NCBI RefSeq assembly: GCF_001194135.2
Contig: NC_068982.1
Span: 4,536,823 to 4,600,822, forward strand
Source of the DNA: Octopus bimaculoides
Lineage: Eukaryota
Direction of reading: 5' to 3'
DNA length: 64,000 bases
In this document: piece by piece, positions 12,875 through 26,106 of the stretch
Numbering within the stretch: position 1 is the stretch's first letter
How the letters are laid out: every line of letters starts with the position of its first letter
The notes under the pieces: model-generated
Seen by the model: only the letters and a program-made list of their open reading frames with translations
Database searches by the model: none
What the model was told of the DNA's origin: nothing
Position numbers and translations under genes: made by a program

Positions 12875-13585
12875 ACACATATATAACAGTAAAAGTGGAA
12901 ACAGCATGGAAGTATGCTGAAAGATTCTTTTTACATTTTTTTCGGACAGGATAAGTGTTTCTATATTCGTTACATTAAATCACTTTACCAGTTTCAATGT
13001 GTATGTCCTTCCTATCAAATATTAATGTTTCAAAGTCAATAATTTGAAAATAAGAATTAGACATTAGAAATGAAAGCGGTTTGTTCGCATATTACTTGTG
13101 TAGTTATGAACGTTTTATATAATGTACAGAAAACAAGTGTTGCATCCAGTCTCACTGTATATGCACTCATTAAATAGCTTTAAAAACTAAACCTGTTTTC
13201 TGCGTATTATTTTATCTATTTACAGAGATGTACTTGCATAGCAAGTGACTTGATCTGGGATCGTGTGCTGAAACAAAAACAATTCCAGCGTGGAAGGTTT
13301 AATTAAATTTAAATGTTGAAGTGAATCCAACGGTTTTTGTGTGTATTTTAAATGAGTTATAAACACCTTCTACGCTGCACTTGATTTTTTCTGTTCTTTT
13401 GTTTGTATTCTGCACTCTAGCAGTTCCGTGTCCCGCGTCGTATTATACGACATGCAGGAATGAATTGTGGAGTGCACAACAGAGCCCAGTTTTGGTTGAG
13501 TATCGCATGTCACTGGGCCTTCCTTTCTTGAGTTATATATGTGTATAATTACACGCACGCAGACACACACACATGCAGACACACG

Positions 13586-13633
<48 letters not shown>

Positions 13634-13819
13634 AGAGAATGAGAGAGTGAGAGGTGGAGGTTCAAATCACATAAACTAAACGATTAGAATTTGATGCAAA
13701 ATGATACAAAGGTACCAAATACTACGTTGCGTCATGCAGGTAAAAATTTTAAACAGCGTAGAAATACAAGGTGATAAAACTGCAAAGAAGTGTATAAAGA
13801 GGTTTAATATGCTAAAGTG

Positions 13820-13900
13820 AGAAGAAGAAGAAGAAGAAGAAGAAGAAGAAGAAGAAGAAGAAGAAGAAGAAGAAGAAGAAGAAGAAGAAGAAGAAGAAGA
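13820..13900 (+). repeat. (GAA)n microsatellite
   Basis: About 27 perfect units. Confidence 0.98.
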
Positions 13901-14121
13901 AAATTGACTTTTCGATTGATACCTTTCAGAGAAGGAAAAATAGAAAAAAGAATTGAGATGCAAAAGAAAGATAAAGGAATGTAAAATAATCAAAAGATGT
14001 CTGTTTACATGAAAGATTGGAAGCAGAATGAGGTTTGCTATGAGATCTGTGTAGCTTTTGTCTATATTTTTCTCTTTCTGTTTCTTCAGTTATTTTTCAA
14101 TTTTTTATTTTACTTTTCTTC

Positions 14122-14154
14122 TCTTTGATAAAGGGTAACTCCCGAAACGTCAGA
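14122..14154 (+). ncRNA. Degenerate minimal hammerhead ribozyme
   Basis: tct-TTGATAA-a-GGG-taact-CCC-GAAA-CG-TC-aga; core C3>U and G8>A; helices intact. Confidence 0.5.
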
Positions 14155-14579
14155 TTTTATTCTCGTAGTACCATTCATTGTACAAATATTTGAATGTTTT
14201 CGCTTTATATTTTTACGCTTTTCAGACGCTCACTTTTACTTACCTGACACCTCATAATATTTTTCCATTTGTTTGTTTTCTCTCTGCGTCAAAGTTTACT
14301 CGTGTTATTTGTGTGACTTTTATATAATTATAACCTGAAGGCTATGCAGAATTATTCACCGCTACTGCGCAGATTATACATTACAACTAAATATTATATT
14401 AAACTGTGTTAGATATAGATAGATAAAGAAAATATTAAATGGTTTAAAGCAAAACACACACACAAAAACTCGATACAATGAAGTATTTTAACTGAAACGT
14501 AAAACGTTTTGACTTGTATGAAGCCGTTACATATCTGATACTCGTCAACAACTGAAGATCATTCGATTTCTTAGTAAAG

Positions 14580-14743
14580 CGTGTGGCTGTGTGGTAAGTA
14601 GCTTGCTTACCAACCACATGGTTCTAGGTTCAGTCTCACTGCGTGGAACTTTGGGCAAGTGTGTTCTACTATAGCCTCGGGCCGACCAAAGCCTTGTGAG
14701 TAGATTTGGTAGACGGAAACTGAAAGAAGCCTGTCGTATATAA

Positions 14744-14745
<2 letters not shown>
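14580..14745 (+). mobile_element. SINE family B, 5' half running into (TA)n and gap
   Basis: gtggctgtgtggtaagtagcttgcttaccaaccacatggttc.. head. Confidence 0.85.
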
Positions 14746-14775
<30 letters not shown>

Positions 14776-15904
14776 NNNNNNNNNNNNNNNNNNNNNNNNN
14801 NNNNNNNNNNNNNNNNNNNNNNNNNNNNNNNNNNNNNNNNNNNNNNNNNNNNNNNNNNNNNNNNNNNNNNNNNNNNNNNNNNNNNNNNNNNNNNNNNNNN
14901 NNNNNNNNNNNNNNNNNNNNNNNNNNNNNNNNNNNNNNNNNNNNNNNNNNNNNNNNNNNNNNNNNNNNNNNNNNNNNNNNNNNNNNNNNNNNNNNNNNNN
15001 NNNNNNNNNNNNNNNNNNNNNNNNNNNNNNNNNNNNNNNNNNNNNNNNNNNNNNNNNNNNNNNNNNNNNNNNNNNNNNNNNNNNNNNNNNNNNNNNNNNN
15101 NNNNNNNNNNNNNNNNNNNNNNNNNNNNNNNNNNNNNNNNNNNNNNNNNNNNNNNNNNNNNNNNNNNNNNNNNNNNNNNNNNNNNNNNNNNNNNNNNNNN
15201 NNNNNNNNNNNNNNNNNNNNNNNNNNNNNNNNNNNNNNNNNNNNNNNNNNNNNNNNNNNNNNNNNNNNNNNNNNNNNNNNNNNNNNNNNNNNNNNNNNNN
15301 NNNNNNNNNNNNNNNNNNNNNNNNNNNNNNNNNNNNNNNNNNNNNNNNNNNNNNNNNNNNNNNNNNNNNNNNNNNNNNNNNNNNNNNNNNNNNNNNNNNN
15401 NNNNNNNNNNNNNNNNNNNNNNNNNNNNNNNNNNNNNNNNNNNNNNNNNNNNNNNNNNNNNNNNNNNNNNNNNNNNNNNNNNNNNNNNNNNNNNNNNNNN
15501 NNNNNNNNNNNNNNNNNNNNNNNNNNNNNNNAATTTATGGGTAATTTACGGAGCTAAGGGAATTGGATGAACATTAAGAATTGCAAGTAGATAATTTTTA
15601 TTATTGATATTTTCTATTTCACTTGCAAAATTATATATAAAAATTTTTAAATTATTTTTTCATTATTCCTTTAAATTTTTTTAACACTGATGATTTGTTT
15701 GGAATGCATTTAAAAATGTTTTTCCAAGTTTTGTATTCACATTAAATTCGACAGAATATTAAACCATATCATTTTTTTACATTTTCTCGTTTCCCGTGTT
15801 TGAGAAATGTTAACCTCCTCCTCCTCCTCCTCCTCCTCCCCCCGTCGTCGTCATCATCACCGTCATCATCATCATCAACGTCGTCATGATCGTCATCGTC
15901 ATTA

Positions 15905-16220
15905 TTATCACCTCCACCTTAGCGAAGGCGGAGGTATTGCTTTCAGTCGTGTTTATTTGTTTGTCCGTGGACAAAATATCTTAAGAACCGCTGGATGGAT
16001 TCGGATGAAACTTTCAAGGATGTTTGACCTCATGACTGGCACGAACTGCTTAGATTTTGGGATCGATCTGGTACCGGACAAGGATTCTGGATTATTTGTT
16101 ACATTTATTTCACATGATTACGATCATACGTTCACTTTCAAGTCTTTTTCAATTATCTCCCTTTTGGCTGTTTCAAAAGTTTTATTTTCGTCTCACTATT
16201 ATTAATTTTACTCCCGTCTC
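15905..16220 (+). mobile_element. Helentron/DINE-like non-autonomous element fragment
   Basis: 5' ttat.acctcc(a)cc-ttagcgaa-ggcggaggt hairpin (15910-15935), then gtttgtttgtcc and ctggatggattcggatgaaactttc, like HINE/DINE-1 architecture. Confidence 0.5.
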
Positions 16221-16632
16221 TATCTTAGTAGAAACTGAAAGGTAAACAAATCAGATTACATAAACAAATGGCAGCAAAATAACATAACATACTTTTAAAA
16301 ATATGTATATTATATATTATACATACGCATTAACACTTTACTTTATACTTACATATGTACATACATCTATACATCGATCTAAAACAACAGGAATACTAAA
16401 GGAAGGCCGGAATTTTAGAGAAGAGAAAACCAAAAGGTCTCATGCGATTCATTTAAAAATTCCTTAGTAGAACTTATTATTAACTCTGCCTTTGAAACTC
16501 TTGAATGGTGAATTTGTTAACTTTCGCTTGTATTAGATAAGGATAAACTATTCATTACTGTTACTAAATTTTCTACAGCCACCTTCACAATCCATGATTA
16601 CCATCTTCTTCTTCTTCTTCTTCTTCTTAAAG

Positions 16633-16833
16633 ACAGTGAGGTGGCAGAATCGTTACCACGCCGGGCGAAGTGCTTAGCAGTGTTTTGCCTGCCGCTAAAT
16701 TCTGAGTTCAAATTCCGTCGACTTTGCTTTCATCCTTTAGGGGCCAATAAATTAAGTACCACTGACGTACTGGAACCGATGTAATCGACTATAGCCCATC
16801 CCAAACTTTCATGTTTTGTGCCTATAATAGAAA
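16633..16833 (+). mobile_element. SINE family A, diverged
   Basis: gaggtggcagaatcgtta..ttctgagttcaaattcc..gtaatcgact. Confidence 0.75.
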
Positions 16834-16839
16834 GGATCC

Positions 16840-17150
16840 ATCATTCATCACTTCGTGAACATCGCGAAGCGATGAGTACTTTTCCCAAACCTCATTTGTA
16901 GTCCGATTCTGGAAAGACAGATACGTCCACAGGTGGAGCATGTAAAGCCTTGCTGCTATTTACTTTCAAGGTTCTGTACGTGTTGTCAGGCGCGGCGTGC
17001 CACTTCACTCTGCAGTAGATGTTCTTGGAGTTTGGTAGTGCCAGTCTTGTATGCGTCACACCAGCTAGTGCGATCTGCGATCATTGATTCGAGACTGTAA
17101 TATTTAGGCGCTGATCTGACAGGGTCTTTCTCACGCCGGTAAAAACACCT
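16840..17150 (-). mobile_element. RTE LINE 3' end remnant
   Basis: Minus strand encodes ESMIADRTSWCDAYKTG and GFTCSTCGRICLSRIGLQ, matching the RTE/BovB C-terminal WEx.A.DR..W segment and the CxxCGR.C.SRIGL finger. Confidence 0.75.
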
Positions 17151-17820
17151 TGCGGAATTTTTCCTCATTTTATTTCTTAGCTTAAAGGCCAAGTTTACCT
17201 TCCATACTTCCGGGTTCGATAAAATAAGTATCAATCAAGTATAGCAGGCAATGTAATCGACTTCCCTTTCCCCTCCCCTCAACGACTGTGACAAAATAAG
17301 GAAGGATTAACAATATTTAATTTTACACATGCAACATTATATGTATAAATTTAAATTATTCTATACCGATTAAATCTTTTTAACGTCTATTATTTTTTGG
17401 GAATGAATTTAGAAGTGCCTTCGACGTCTTATGATTAGATTAAATTGGAAGGAATATTAAACAATTAATTACATTGTTTACGTTTTTTTCTTTTTTCCGT
17501 GTGTAGGAATTGTGAACTATGCAAACTGAGAGTAAATGAATTTGCTTCAACATCCTGCCTGTTAGCATAAATCATTTAACATGGCAGTTTGCTTACGGTT
17601 ATCTATAACGTGATCACATATATCTGCCATTTTGTTTCAAAAGAACAACTCCTAATTAAGATGAAAAGCTAAAACTGTAACGGGTTTAAGGATAAATAAC
17701 ATGAATAGTAATATATAAGGTTTGTTTAACACAGTTCAATATTTAAGAGATGAGGAATTATGTACATTATTCACATTATTTACATTTGACGGATATTTTG
17801 TCCTCATCTTGTTTATTGCT

Positions 17821-17866
17821 AACACAACGTTTGGGCTGATATACCCTCCAGCCTTCATCAGGTGTC
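17821..17866 (-). ncRNA. Minimal type I hammerhead ribozyme, G12C variant
   Basis: gacac-CTGATGA-a-GGCTG-gagggtatat-CAGCC-cAAA-CG-TT-gtgtt; 5-bp stems I and II. Confidence 0.7.
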
Positions 17867-18649
17867 TTGGGGAAATCTCGAACCTGGGTTCTCATTCCTT
17901 TTACTTNNNNNNNNNNNNNNNNNNNNNNNNNNNNNNNNNNNNNNNNNNNNNNNNNNNNNNNNNNNNNNNNNNNNNNNNNNNNNNNNNNNNNNNNNNNNNN
18001 NNNNNNNNNNNNNNNNNNNNNNNNNNNNNNNNNNNNNNNNNNNNNNNNNNNNNNNNNNNNNNNNNNNNNNNNNNNNNNNNNNNNNNNNNNNNNNNNNNNN
18101 NNNNNNNNNNNNNNNNNNNNNNNNNNNNNNNNNNNNNNNNNNNNNNNNNNNNNNNNNNNNNNNNNNNNNNNNNNNNNNNNNNNNNNNNNNNNNNNNNNNN
18201 NNNNNNNNNNNNNNNNNNNNNNNNNNNNNNNNNNNNNNNNNNNNNNNNNNNNNNNNNNNNNNNNNNNNNNNNNNNNNNNNNNNNNNNNNNNNNNNNNNNN
18301 NNNNNNNNNNNNNNNNNNNNNNNNNNNNNNNNNNNNNNNNNNNNNNNNNNNNNNNNNNNNNNNNNNNNNNNNNNNNNNNNNNNNNNNNNNNNNNNNNNNN
18401 NNNNNNNNNNNNNNNNNNNNNNNNNNNNNNNNNNNNNNNNNNNNNNNNNNNNNNNNNNNNNNNNNNNNNNNNNNNNNNNNNNNNNNNNNNNNNNNNNNNN
18501 NNNNNNNNNNNNNNNNNNNNNNNNNNNNNNNNNNNNNNNNNNNNNNNNNNNNNNNNNNNNNNNNNNNNNNNNNNNNNNNNNNNNNNNNNNNNNNNNNNNN
18601 NNNNNNNNNNNNNNNNNNNNNNNNNNNNNNNNNNNNNNNNNNNNNNNNN

Positions 18650-18825
18650 CATCATTTCACAACCGATGTTGGTGTGCTTACGTCCCCGTTACCTAGCAGT
18701 TTGGCAAAAGAGATCCGATAGAATAAGTATTAGGCTTACAAAGAATAAGTCCTTGGGTCTATTTGTTCGACTAAAGGTGGTGCTCCACCATGGCCGCAGT
18801 CAAATGACTGAAACAAGTAAAAGAA
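18650..18825 (+). mobile_element. SINE family B, 3' half
   Basis: aaccgatgttggtgtg..gatagaataagta..catggccgcagtcaaatgactgaaacaag. Confidence 0.85.
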
Positions 18826-18861
18826 AAAGAAATTTTACTATAGAAGTAACAAATATCGGCT

Positions 18862-19050
18862 TCAAAAGTTTGGCACAAGGCCAGCAATTTTGGGGGATGA
18901 AGTAAATTGAATATATCGAGTCCAGTTCTCAAATGATATTTTATCTATCCTGAAACGATGAATGTCGAAGTTGACCTCGGCGGAATTTGAATTCAGAGCT
19001 TAAAGACGGACAAATTGCTTCTAAGCACTTGACCCTGCGTCATAACATTT
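18862..19050 (-). mobile_element. SINE family A, diverged
   Basis: gacctcggcggaatttgaattcaga on the plus strand. Confidence 0.65.
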
Positions 19051-19333
19051 CTGCCAGGTCTTTGAAAAGGATGAAAATATTTCCCGAATCATATAAGCTC
19101 ATAGCGTTGGTTTCCCCGACGTATACATTATTTATGTCGAAGGGACTTACTCCTTTTTGCCAGCCGAGAAGACAGGAGTAAAGTGAAATGAAGTGTTTTG
19201 CTCAAGAAAACAACACGTCGCCCGGTGCATGAATTGAAATCGGAATCTTATGACCACTAGTCGAACACCCAAACCACTAAGCCACGCGCCTCTACAGAAA
19301 TAGCAAATATTCTTTGCTACTCTATGTACAAGG

Positions 19334-19361
19334 CCCTAACCCTAACCCTAACCCTAACCCT
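19334..19361 (-). repeat. Interstitial (TTAGGG)4 telomere-like repeat
   Basis: (CCCTAA)4CCCT on the plus strand. Confidence 0.9.
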
Positions 19362-19369
19362 CGACCTCT

Positions 19370-19516
19370 GTATGCAATCGGTACTTAATTTATCGACCCC
19401 AAAAAGATGAAAGGCAAAGTCGACCTCGGCGGAATTTGAACTCAGAACGTATAGGGATACGAAATACTGCTAAGCATTACGCCCAGCGTGCTAACATTTG
19501 TGTCAGCTCGCCGCGT
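19370..19516 (-). mobile_element. SINE family A
   Basis: ggtacttaatttatcgacccc..gaaaggcaaagtcgacctcggcggaatttgaactcag. Confidence 0.8.
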
Positions 19517-22039
19517 AGAAATAGCAAATATTAACAACAAAGATGTTAACTGTTATCTACATCTCGATCATCCAGTTGCCTCAGTTGCATAAATCACCAA
19601 TTAAATAATTTAGGACTTACAAAGTTAATACATAATTGTGAGAAATTATTTTGTTTCTGAATGAAATTACGTTAAAATTTCTGTGCATCCTCATTACATG
19701 CATTTCAGACAGACTTTTGTCGCATAAGACCTTTATAGATAAAGAATATAGTAACCTTTGTGTGTGTGTGTGTTTGTGTGAAGGTAGGCCTGAGACAACA
19801 GTTGAGAGGTTCGAGTTCGACTCCATCGCCTGACGACTTAAGTTTCTTTATTACAGGCGCTGAGGTTGATGCGAGCCGAGTGAATGAAATTCGGTAGAAG
19901 AGGACCTCATACCAATTGCCGGTTGTTTTTGCCCGTAATTGAATGATTCAGCCTTCTCACATATTTGTATACTTATTCTACTTGAGAATTATGCCACAGG
20001 CACACGCGTCTCTGCCAATTTACATTGATCGCTCTGTTGATCGACCTATAATAATTGAATGCTGATATGCCGAAATCGAAAGAAAATCTATCAATTCAAT
20101 ATATCCGTAAATATAGATATTAAATAGAACACTCTTGGTAATAAGACATTTTGACCTCAATTTATTTCCAAAGGAATTAAGATTTATGTTCTAATCAAAT
20201 AATTTAAAAGCATTAATCTGAGCATATGATGTAATTTTGAAATAATTACATGAAGTAATTCTATTGCCGGCGTCAAATTTCCAGAAGCAATATTTCGAGT
20301 AAAAGCATTTATATTTTGACATTGGTACAACCTTTGCCTCAAAGTTTAACAAACAGAACAGAAATGGAATGACTTGCGGTTGTTATTTAAATACGAATGA
20401 AGGGGAATAAACTTAAGTTTGTATGAAAGATGTAGAACGAATACTTATTAAATGAGATATAAATGGCTACTTGCATAGCATGTATTGGAAAAAAGACATA
20501 AATGTATGTAACATCTGTTTCTTTCTAACATCGATGTAAAGTCAATGTGAAATTTGCATTTGAAAATAAAGATTTCATTTAGTATTTTGCTATGTTACAA
20601 CGGCCATATTTTAGCGTCGTGGGTTTAAGGCATTTCCCATAGGTGTGATCAGTCTAAACAAAGTGAATTTTCTTTACGCTAGTTTTGGCATCGTGTCGTT
20701 TTGTTACGCCACCGAGAATTGATCTCTTGCGCAACAGAGAGGATCCATTGAACGATTGTTGAATCTGTACAGTTTATTTTAGTCTTTGTTTTCTATTTAA
20801 GGAAAATTGAATGTAATACCATTATGTTTGTTGGTCTCAATGACTACCACTGCAGAGACAATAGCATTAACATTTATAAATTGGAATACAAAGATAAATT
20901 TCAACATCCATGAGGTTATATATGAAGCACAAAGAATATGCGCCTGAATGTGGTCCGAGGCCAAATGCTAAAACTCGGATTAACAATTTAAATCGAGTGG
21001 TGATGCATCAAATATTCACTAATAGTAGAATAGTGCAGTGGTAAGCAGTAATCATCATCAAAGTAGTGAGTTAATCTGGCTCGATAACACGCGTTCATAA
21101 ATTAGAAAATGAGTGTCTTTGAATCGTACAAAGGGTCAGAGAAAGGGTTTTAAGAAAAGAAAAGCTGCGCAATACAAGAAAGTTTGGGAATAACTGACTT
21201 TGAGGTAAGTGTTTGTGTATTGCTTTTGAATGCTTCCAGCCACAGGTGAGATCGGTACAGTTAATGTTCCTGATAAATAGATGCAAGTTGTCGGTGATGG
21301 TTGGGCGGTATGAAGTTTGGGAGAACACAATATGGATGACGGGGAAGGAGAAACGAATGACTTGGAAGTTTCTGAATGGCGGCTGCCTGTAATGCATTAT
21401 CATTAAATATTTGCCATGAAGTTGCAAGCATCATTCAGGAACAAACAAATATACGTCAGTTGACACTTTTATGTTTGGTCTTAATACCATTGGCATCATT
21501 TCTATTCAATAAAATCTTTAAGATATTTGTATCTAGTCAAAAGAAACCCGAGTGATTACATGTGTGTTTGTCGTATGCGTTTGAATCAACGAGCCACGCG
21601 CGATTGCAGCCATTTCACTTTCCTTGTATAGCTAACACATTTCGTAAGCTTGAACGAGACTAATATTCTGAAAACCTTCCGACTTGAAAAGAAATCAGTA
21701 TTATTTATAAAAAATGTGGAAACACCACCCACATGGAAGGTTATGTTGTTTCTCATAAAGGTTGATGTCTGATGGGATAAGCTACTGGCATGATAAACAG
21801 AGATTTAAACAGGCCAACAAAGCGGCCCCAATGCAATTTGAACAGGTACCTACTTTCGAATAAAGGAACTCATATCCTTGCTTGTGTGCTACATATTCTT
21901 ATTTCTGGAAGGAGCACGCTGTGCAGTGAAATAGTTATCGAAGCTAATTCTGACCTGTACTTTTATCTTATTGACAGTGAAAAGATGCCTTTTCCAACGC
22001 TTTAACAACTGTGCCAATGCGCCGCCTCTACGCTGATAT

Positions 22040-22250
22040 TCTTTTCTACGATAGGTACAAGGCCCGAAAGTTTTGGGGGAGGGGCTAATCGATTAGATCG
22101 ACCCCAGTACGCAACTGGTACTTAATTTATCGACTCCGAAAAGATGAAAAGCAAAGTCGACTTCGGTGGAATTTGAACTCAGAACGTAAAGACAGACGAA
22201 ATGCTGCTTAGCATTTCGCCCGGCGTGCTAACGTTTCTGCCAGCTCGCTG
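22040..22250 (-). mobile_element. SINE family A, full length
   Basis: Reverse complement of the family A monomer with the second tail type. Confidence 0.85.
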
Positions 22251-24330
22251 ACTTGCACTTACGCTTATATTAAATGAAAGAAAACTGCGACGTGCGAAAG
22301 ATACCAACATGAACCGGCATATTTGATTTTGTGTTTGTTACTTTAATATACCAACGTTTATTTGCTACATACACGTATACATTTAAAAAGATCAATACAC
22401 ACATGCACACACACATGCACACATACAGGCACACATTTAGATTTATCATCACTTCCATATATGTACGCCTGTATCTTAGCTCATTCGTTTCCATATTGTA
22501 TACGTGGGAATATAATTTCCCGTGTATCGTTTCCTACATAAGGATGAATAGCATTTAATTTGAGAGTGATTTATCTTACGAGTCACACAACCACGCAGAA
22601 GTTCTCCATGTTGGTTGGAAGTAAATTTTGGTGTTGTCACGCAGGCTCATTTCAGCCGTTGTCTAAAAACTATGTTGAAAGTCATTCCAGTCGTGTCAAT
22701 CCAATCATGTTGATATCAAGAACTATATTTACGGGAGTGATTTGTGGTTGGTTTAGAAGCAACTTCCTTCAGCCTGTCTATGTATTTCCCAACTCTCTTA
22801 TCTCAAATGCTAAAAGTGTTTGGGGGTTAAGCAATTTTGTCACGGTTACAATACGTCTATTTATGCAAATATATACACTTCAGACCAAACCGACACACAC
22901 AAAAGGTGTAAAATTACCCCTTTGCCCCAAGACAAAAGAAACCTATCGCAATTTGAATTACATTGTTCTCTCCCTCTCTACCTATTACTTAGCACCTCTT
23001 ATCTGATATTGTTTAGAAAATATTCACATTTTAATAACTTAAATACTGTTCTCCGAATGATACAGCTAGTCCAGAGAGTCAAGAGGACTCATTTGACAAA
23101 GCTTTAAACGAAAGTTTTAATGGCACATAGTTTAATTAAAAGTTTTGCCATGTAACTGACAGCAGTTCTGCCTTGGTTTCGGAATGCATTACGCACCGAA
23201 ATCCCTATGGTTTGACGTATCTAATTGGAGAGAATGAGAAATGAGATTTTTAGGGGATAGTATATACATATCAACGCATAATTATAATTATAACAAGATA
23301 TTATGAGTGCCATTGGCAAGAGCAGTGGCTTATTCGACACCCTGTCACTTCCACGGACGTAGCTCTTAATACCTTACACTTGGTAGTCAATATGCATCAT
23401 CCAGCACTGAGAAGTAAGCGCATTATATAACTGATGAGCACTTTATTTACTAACAATTTCTCATTTCTTATGCCGTATATATGATGTTTATCAAAAGAAA
23501 ACCGGTTTCATGTATAACTTCAAGGGTGAGTTAGTTATAAATTAATGAATCCAGTTTATATTGTTGACGTCATAACTACTGGTCATTATTAAGACACTCA
23601 CATAATATGGATGTGTGTGCTGTGAATGTCTCATACAAATTTGCCTGTATGTATTTATGTGATGCCGGTCAGTCTGGTGGTGCCTGCCAATATCAAACGA
23701 AACTCATCGGAGGAATTTAATTCCCCTTAACTATCAAACAAAGCTCTCATCAATTATTTATACGCTGATTTCTTACACTGGTCGAATGTATCACCGTACA
23801 TCTCTTAATTACTTATAAGTGTCCAGGATTATTCGAAAGTTTTTTCGAGGCAGATTTTGTTTGCTTTGTGAATGTTCGACCAATAACTTAATGCTTCTGG
23901 TGTAATTTTGTTTGTTGTCTGCAGTTGTTTAAGCAACCATTACTAAATCCAATGTTAACGACCCTATTAAATCTGAGATTTCGTGTAGACAAAATAAATC
24001 AGTGATTTGTTTCGTTTTGGCGATCTCCAGTTAGTTGTGTTCCTTTTTAGATTTAGTGATTTCTGTTCATTGCTGTCGATTTTTGCACACAGTCGAAGGC
24101 ATGCATTGCTCTCGTCCTGCACGTCTGAGTCAGTTAATTAAGACAGTTATACATTTATATACATTTGTGTTTTGTTCGTTGTAAGTTGTTAATGAATTCG
24201 ATGATTTGTTTAGTGAAAGATTGTTAATTGCCAGTAAGTTTCTTCGGTGGGGTGGGGGTGGGGGTGGGGGCNNNNNNNNNNNNNNNNNNNNNNNNNNNNN
24301 NNNNNNNNNNNNNNNNNNNNNNNNNNNNNN

Positions 24331-24740
24331 GGTGGGGGCAGGGTTAAGTTCATTACATCGACCTCAATGCTCAATTGGTTTTTAGTTTATCGCCCGAGAG
24401 AAAATGAAAAGCAAATTTCGACCCCGGTGAAGTCTGAGCTCAGAACGTAATGACGGACGAAATGACTTGAGCATTTTGCTCGGTTCGTAGCCTTAAATTA
24501 CAAATTGATATTAATCATGTAACGAGGCGGCGGTGGCAGAATCATTAGAACGCTGGATAAAATGCTTAATGGCATTTCATCCATCTTTACGCGCAGAGTT
24601 CAAATTTCAACGGGCTCGACTTTGCCTTTCATCCTTTTGGGGTCAATAAAATAAGTAACAGTTGAGCACTGGGGCTGGTGTAATCGACTCAGCCCCTCCT
24701 CTTGAATGACTGGCCTTGTGCAGAGATGTTAAACCGATAT
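24331..24740. mobile_element. Two diverged family A SINEs, head-to-head (24331-24485 minus, 24526-24740 plus)
   Basis: Both contain recognisable head and central domains. Confidence 0.65.
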
Positions 24741-25227
24741 TAATATCTAATTGGCACGCAAGGCCAGCAATGGAGTAAGACGATAGCCACAACCTTAGTA
24801 ACTGGCCAGTACCTTACTTTAGCGACACTGGAAGGACGGAGGACACAATTGATCTCCGTGGGTTTCGACCTCTGCACAAATACCACAACTCATTTTGTCC
24901 GATGATTTAATGATTCAGCCCATCTCCTACACTAATTGTATAATTAATAAACGATGCATCTAATAATAGATATATCACAAATCCATTTAAAGCAGTGTTG
25001 CTTCCTTAGCAGTCGTTAGATGGATATCTATAATCCATGGCAGTACAAAAGAAACAGAAACCTAAGCTAAATTGAAAAGGCATCGCATTTCTCGATTAAA
25101 TTAGTCTATAACTTATTTTAGACTTTACTTTGTTCTGCCACGAACATAACCCTGAAATAACCAGTGTACTTAGCAGAGAGTAAGCAGTGTAGGGCGATAT
25201 ATTTCACCACCATTAGAAGTAGGTGTA

Positions 25228-25467
25228 CAGTAATCTCTCGCCATATCGCGGTTCACCTATTGCGGTTTATTATTTGAGCTTACGTCGATTCCTCTGTGGT
25301 GTTGCTTTGCATTTATAATACAATAAATATATACAAATATACAAATATATACAAATTATAAAAATAATAAAAAAGACATACAGTACAGTACTGTTTTTGC
25401 TTCGCGGATTTTCAGCTATCACGGGTGGTTTTGGAACGCAACAACTGCGATAGTCGAGGGTTTACGG
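25228..25467. mobile_element. pogo/Tigger-like MITE
   Basis: Imperfect TIRs CAGTAATCTCTCGCCATATCGCGGTT / AACTGCGATAGTCGAGGGTTTACGG with TA on both sides (25226-25227, 25468-25469). Confidence 0.75.
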
Positions 25468-26106
25468 TATCTTATAACTGATGAGAGCTTTGTTTGGTAG
25501 CAATGTCGAATTAAATTCCTCCAGTGAGTTTTGTTTCATAATGATAGGCAAAACCTGCGCCGCTTACGTAAATAGAAGCAAATCTGACACTGAGATTCAC
25601 ATCACAAATATTGTTTGTATGATTTGAAACTAACAAGTAGTTACGATGTCAGACAAAACTGAAAAAAACAAAAAAAACAAATTGAATTCAATAGTATATA
25701 ATTTTACAGTAAATGCATTTTGCAAAAGTATCAAGAAACGAAGAGTAGAATTACTAATTCTACAATTCATGCATCAAATAGCAATATTTTTTTAATATTA
25801 GATATGATCTAGCATTCATAGAAACACTCGCATGATGCTGTGTATGGCTTAAATTTATAATTTTCTTTATAAAGTGAAACGATTTTATCACGTTCACTTC
25901 CTCTCTATGAAAAAGATGTACTTTAATCAATATTATTCGTTTAAGCTTCTTAGTTATTTCTATTGACCCGAACTGACATGTTTCAATCCTATTGTTATGG
26001 CTCAAACTTTCCTTTTTTTCCCGTTCATTGAAAACGTATAATTCTGTTACGATTAAACAAAAAGAATGCGCGTGGAGAAGCTGATAAGTTTATCATTTAT
26101 TATATA

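Noticed and set aside
13286-13377. 13-bp inverted repeat cagcgtggaaggt/accttctacgctg
   Set aside because: Short, one mismatch; probably a local inversion inside an old repeat.
21761-21845. Possible 85-nt plus-strand exon (LMSDGISYWHDKQRFKQANKAAPMQFEQ)
   Set aside because: Weak AAG acceptor and GTACCT donor, no homology recognised and no partner exons; would need RNA-seq support.
24246-24270. G-quadruplex-like (GGGGT)n run
   Set aside because: Low-complexity sequence at a gap edge; may be a sequencing or assembly artefact.
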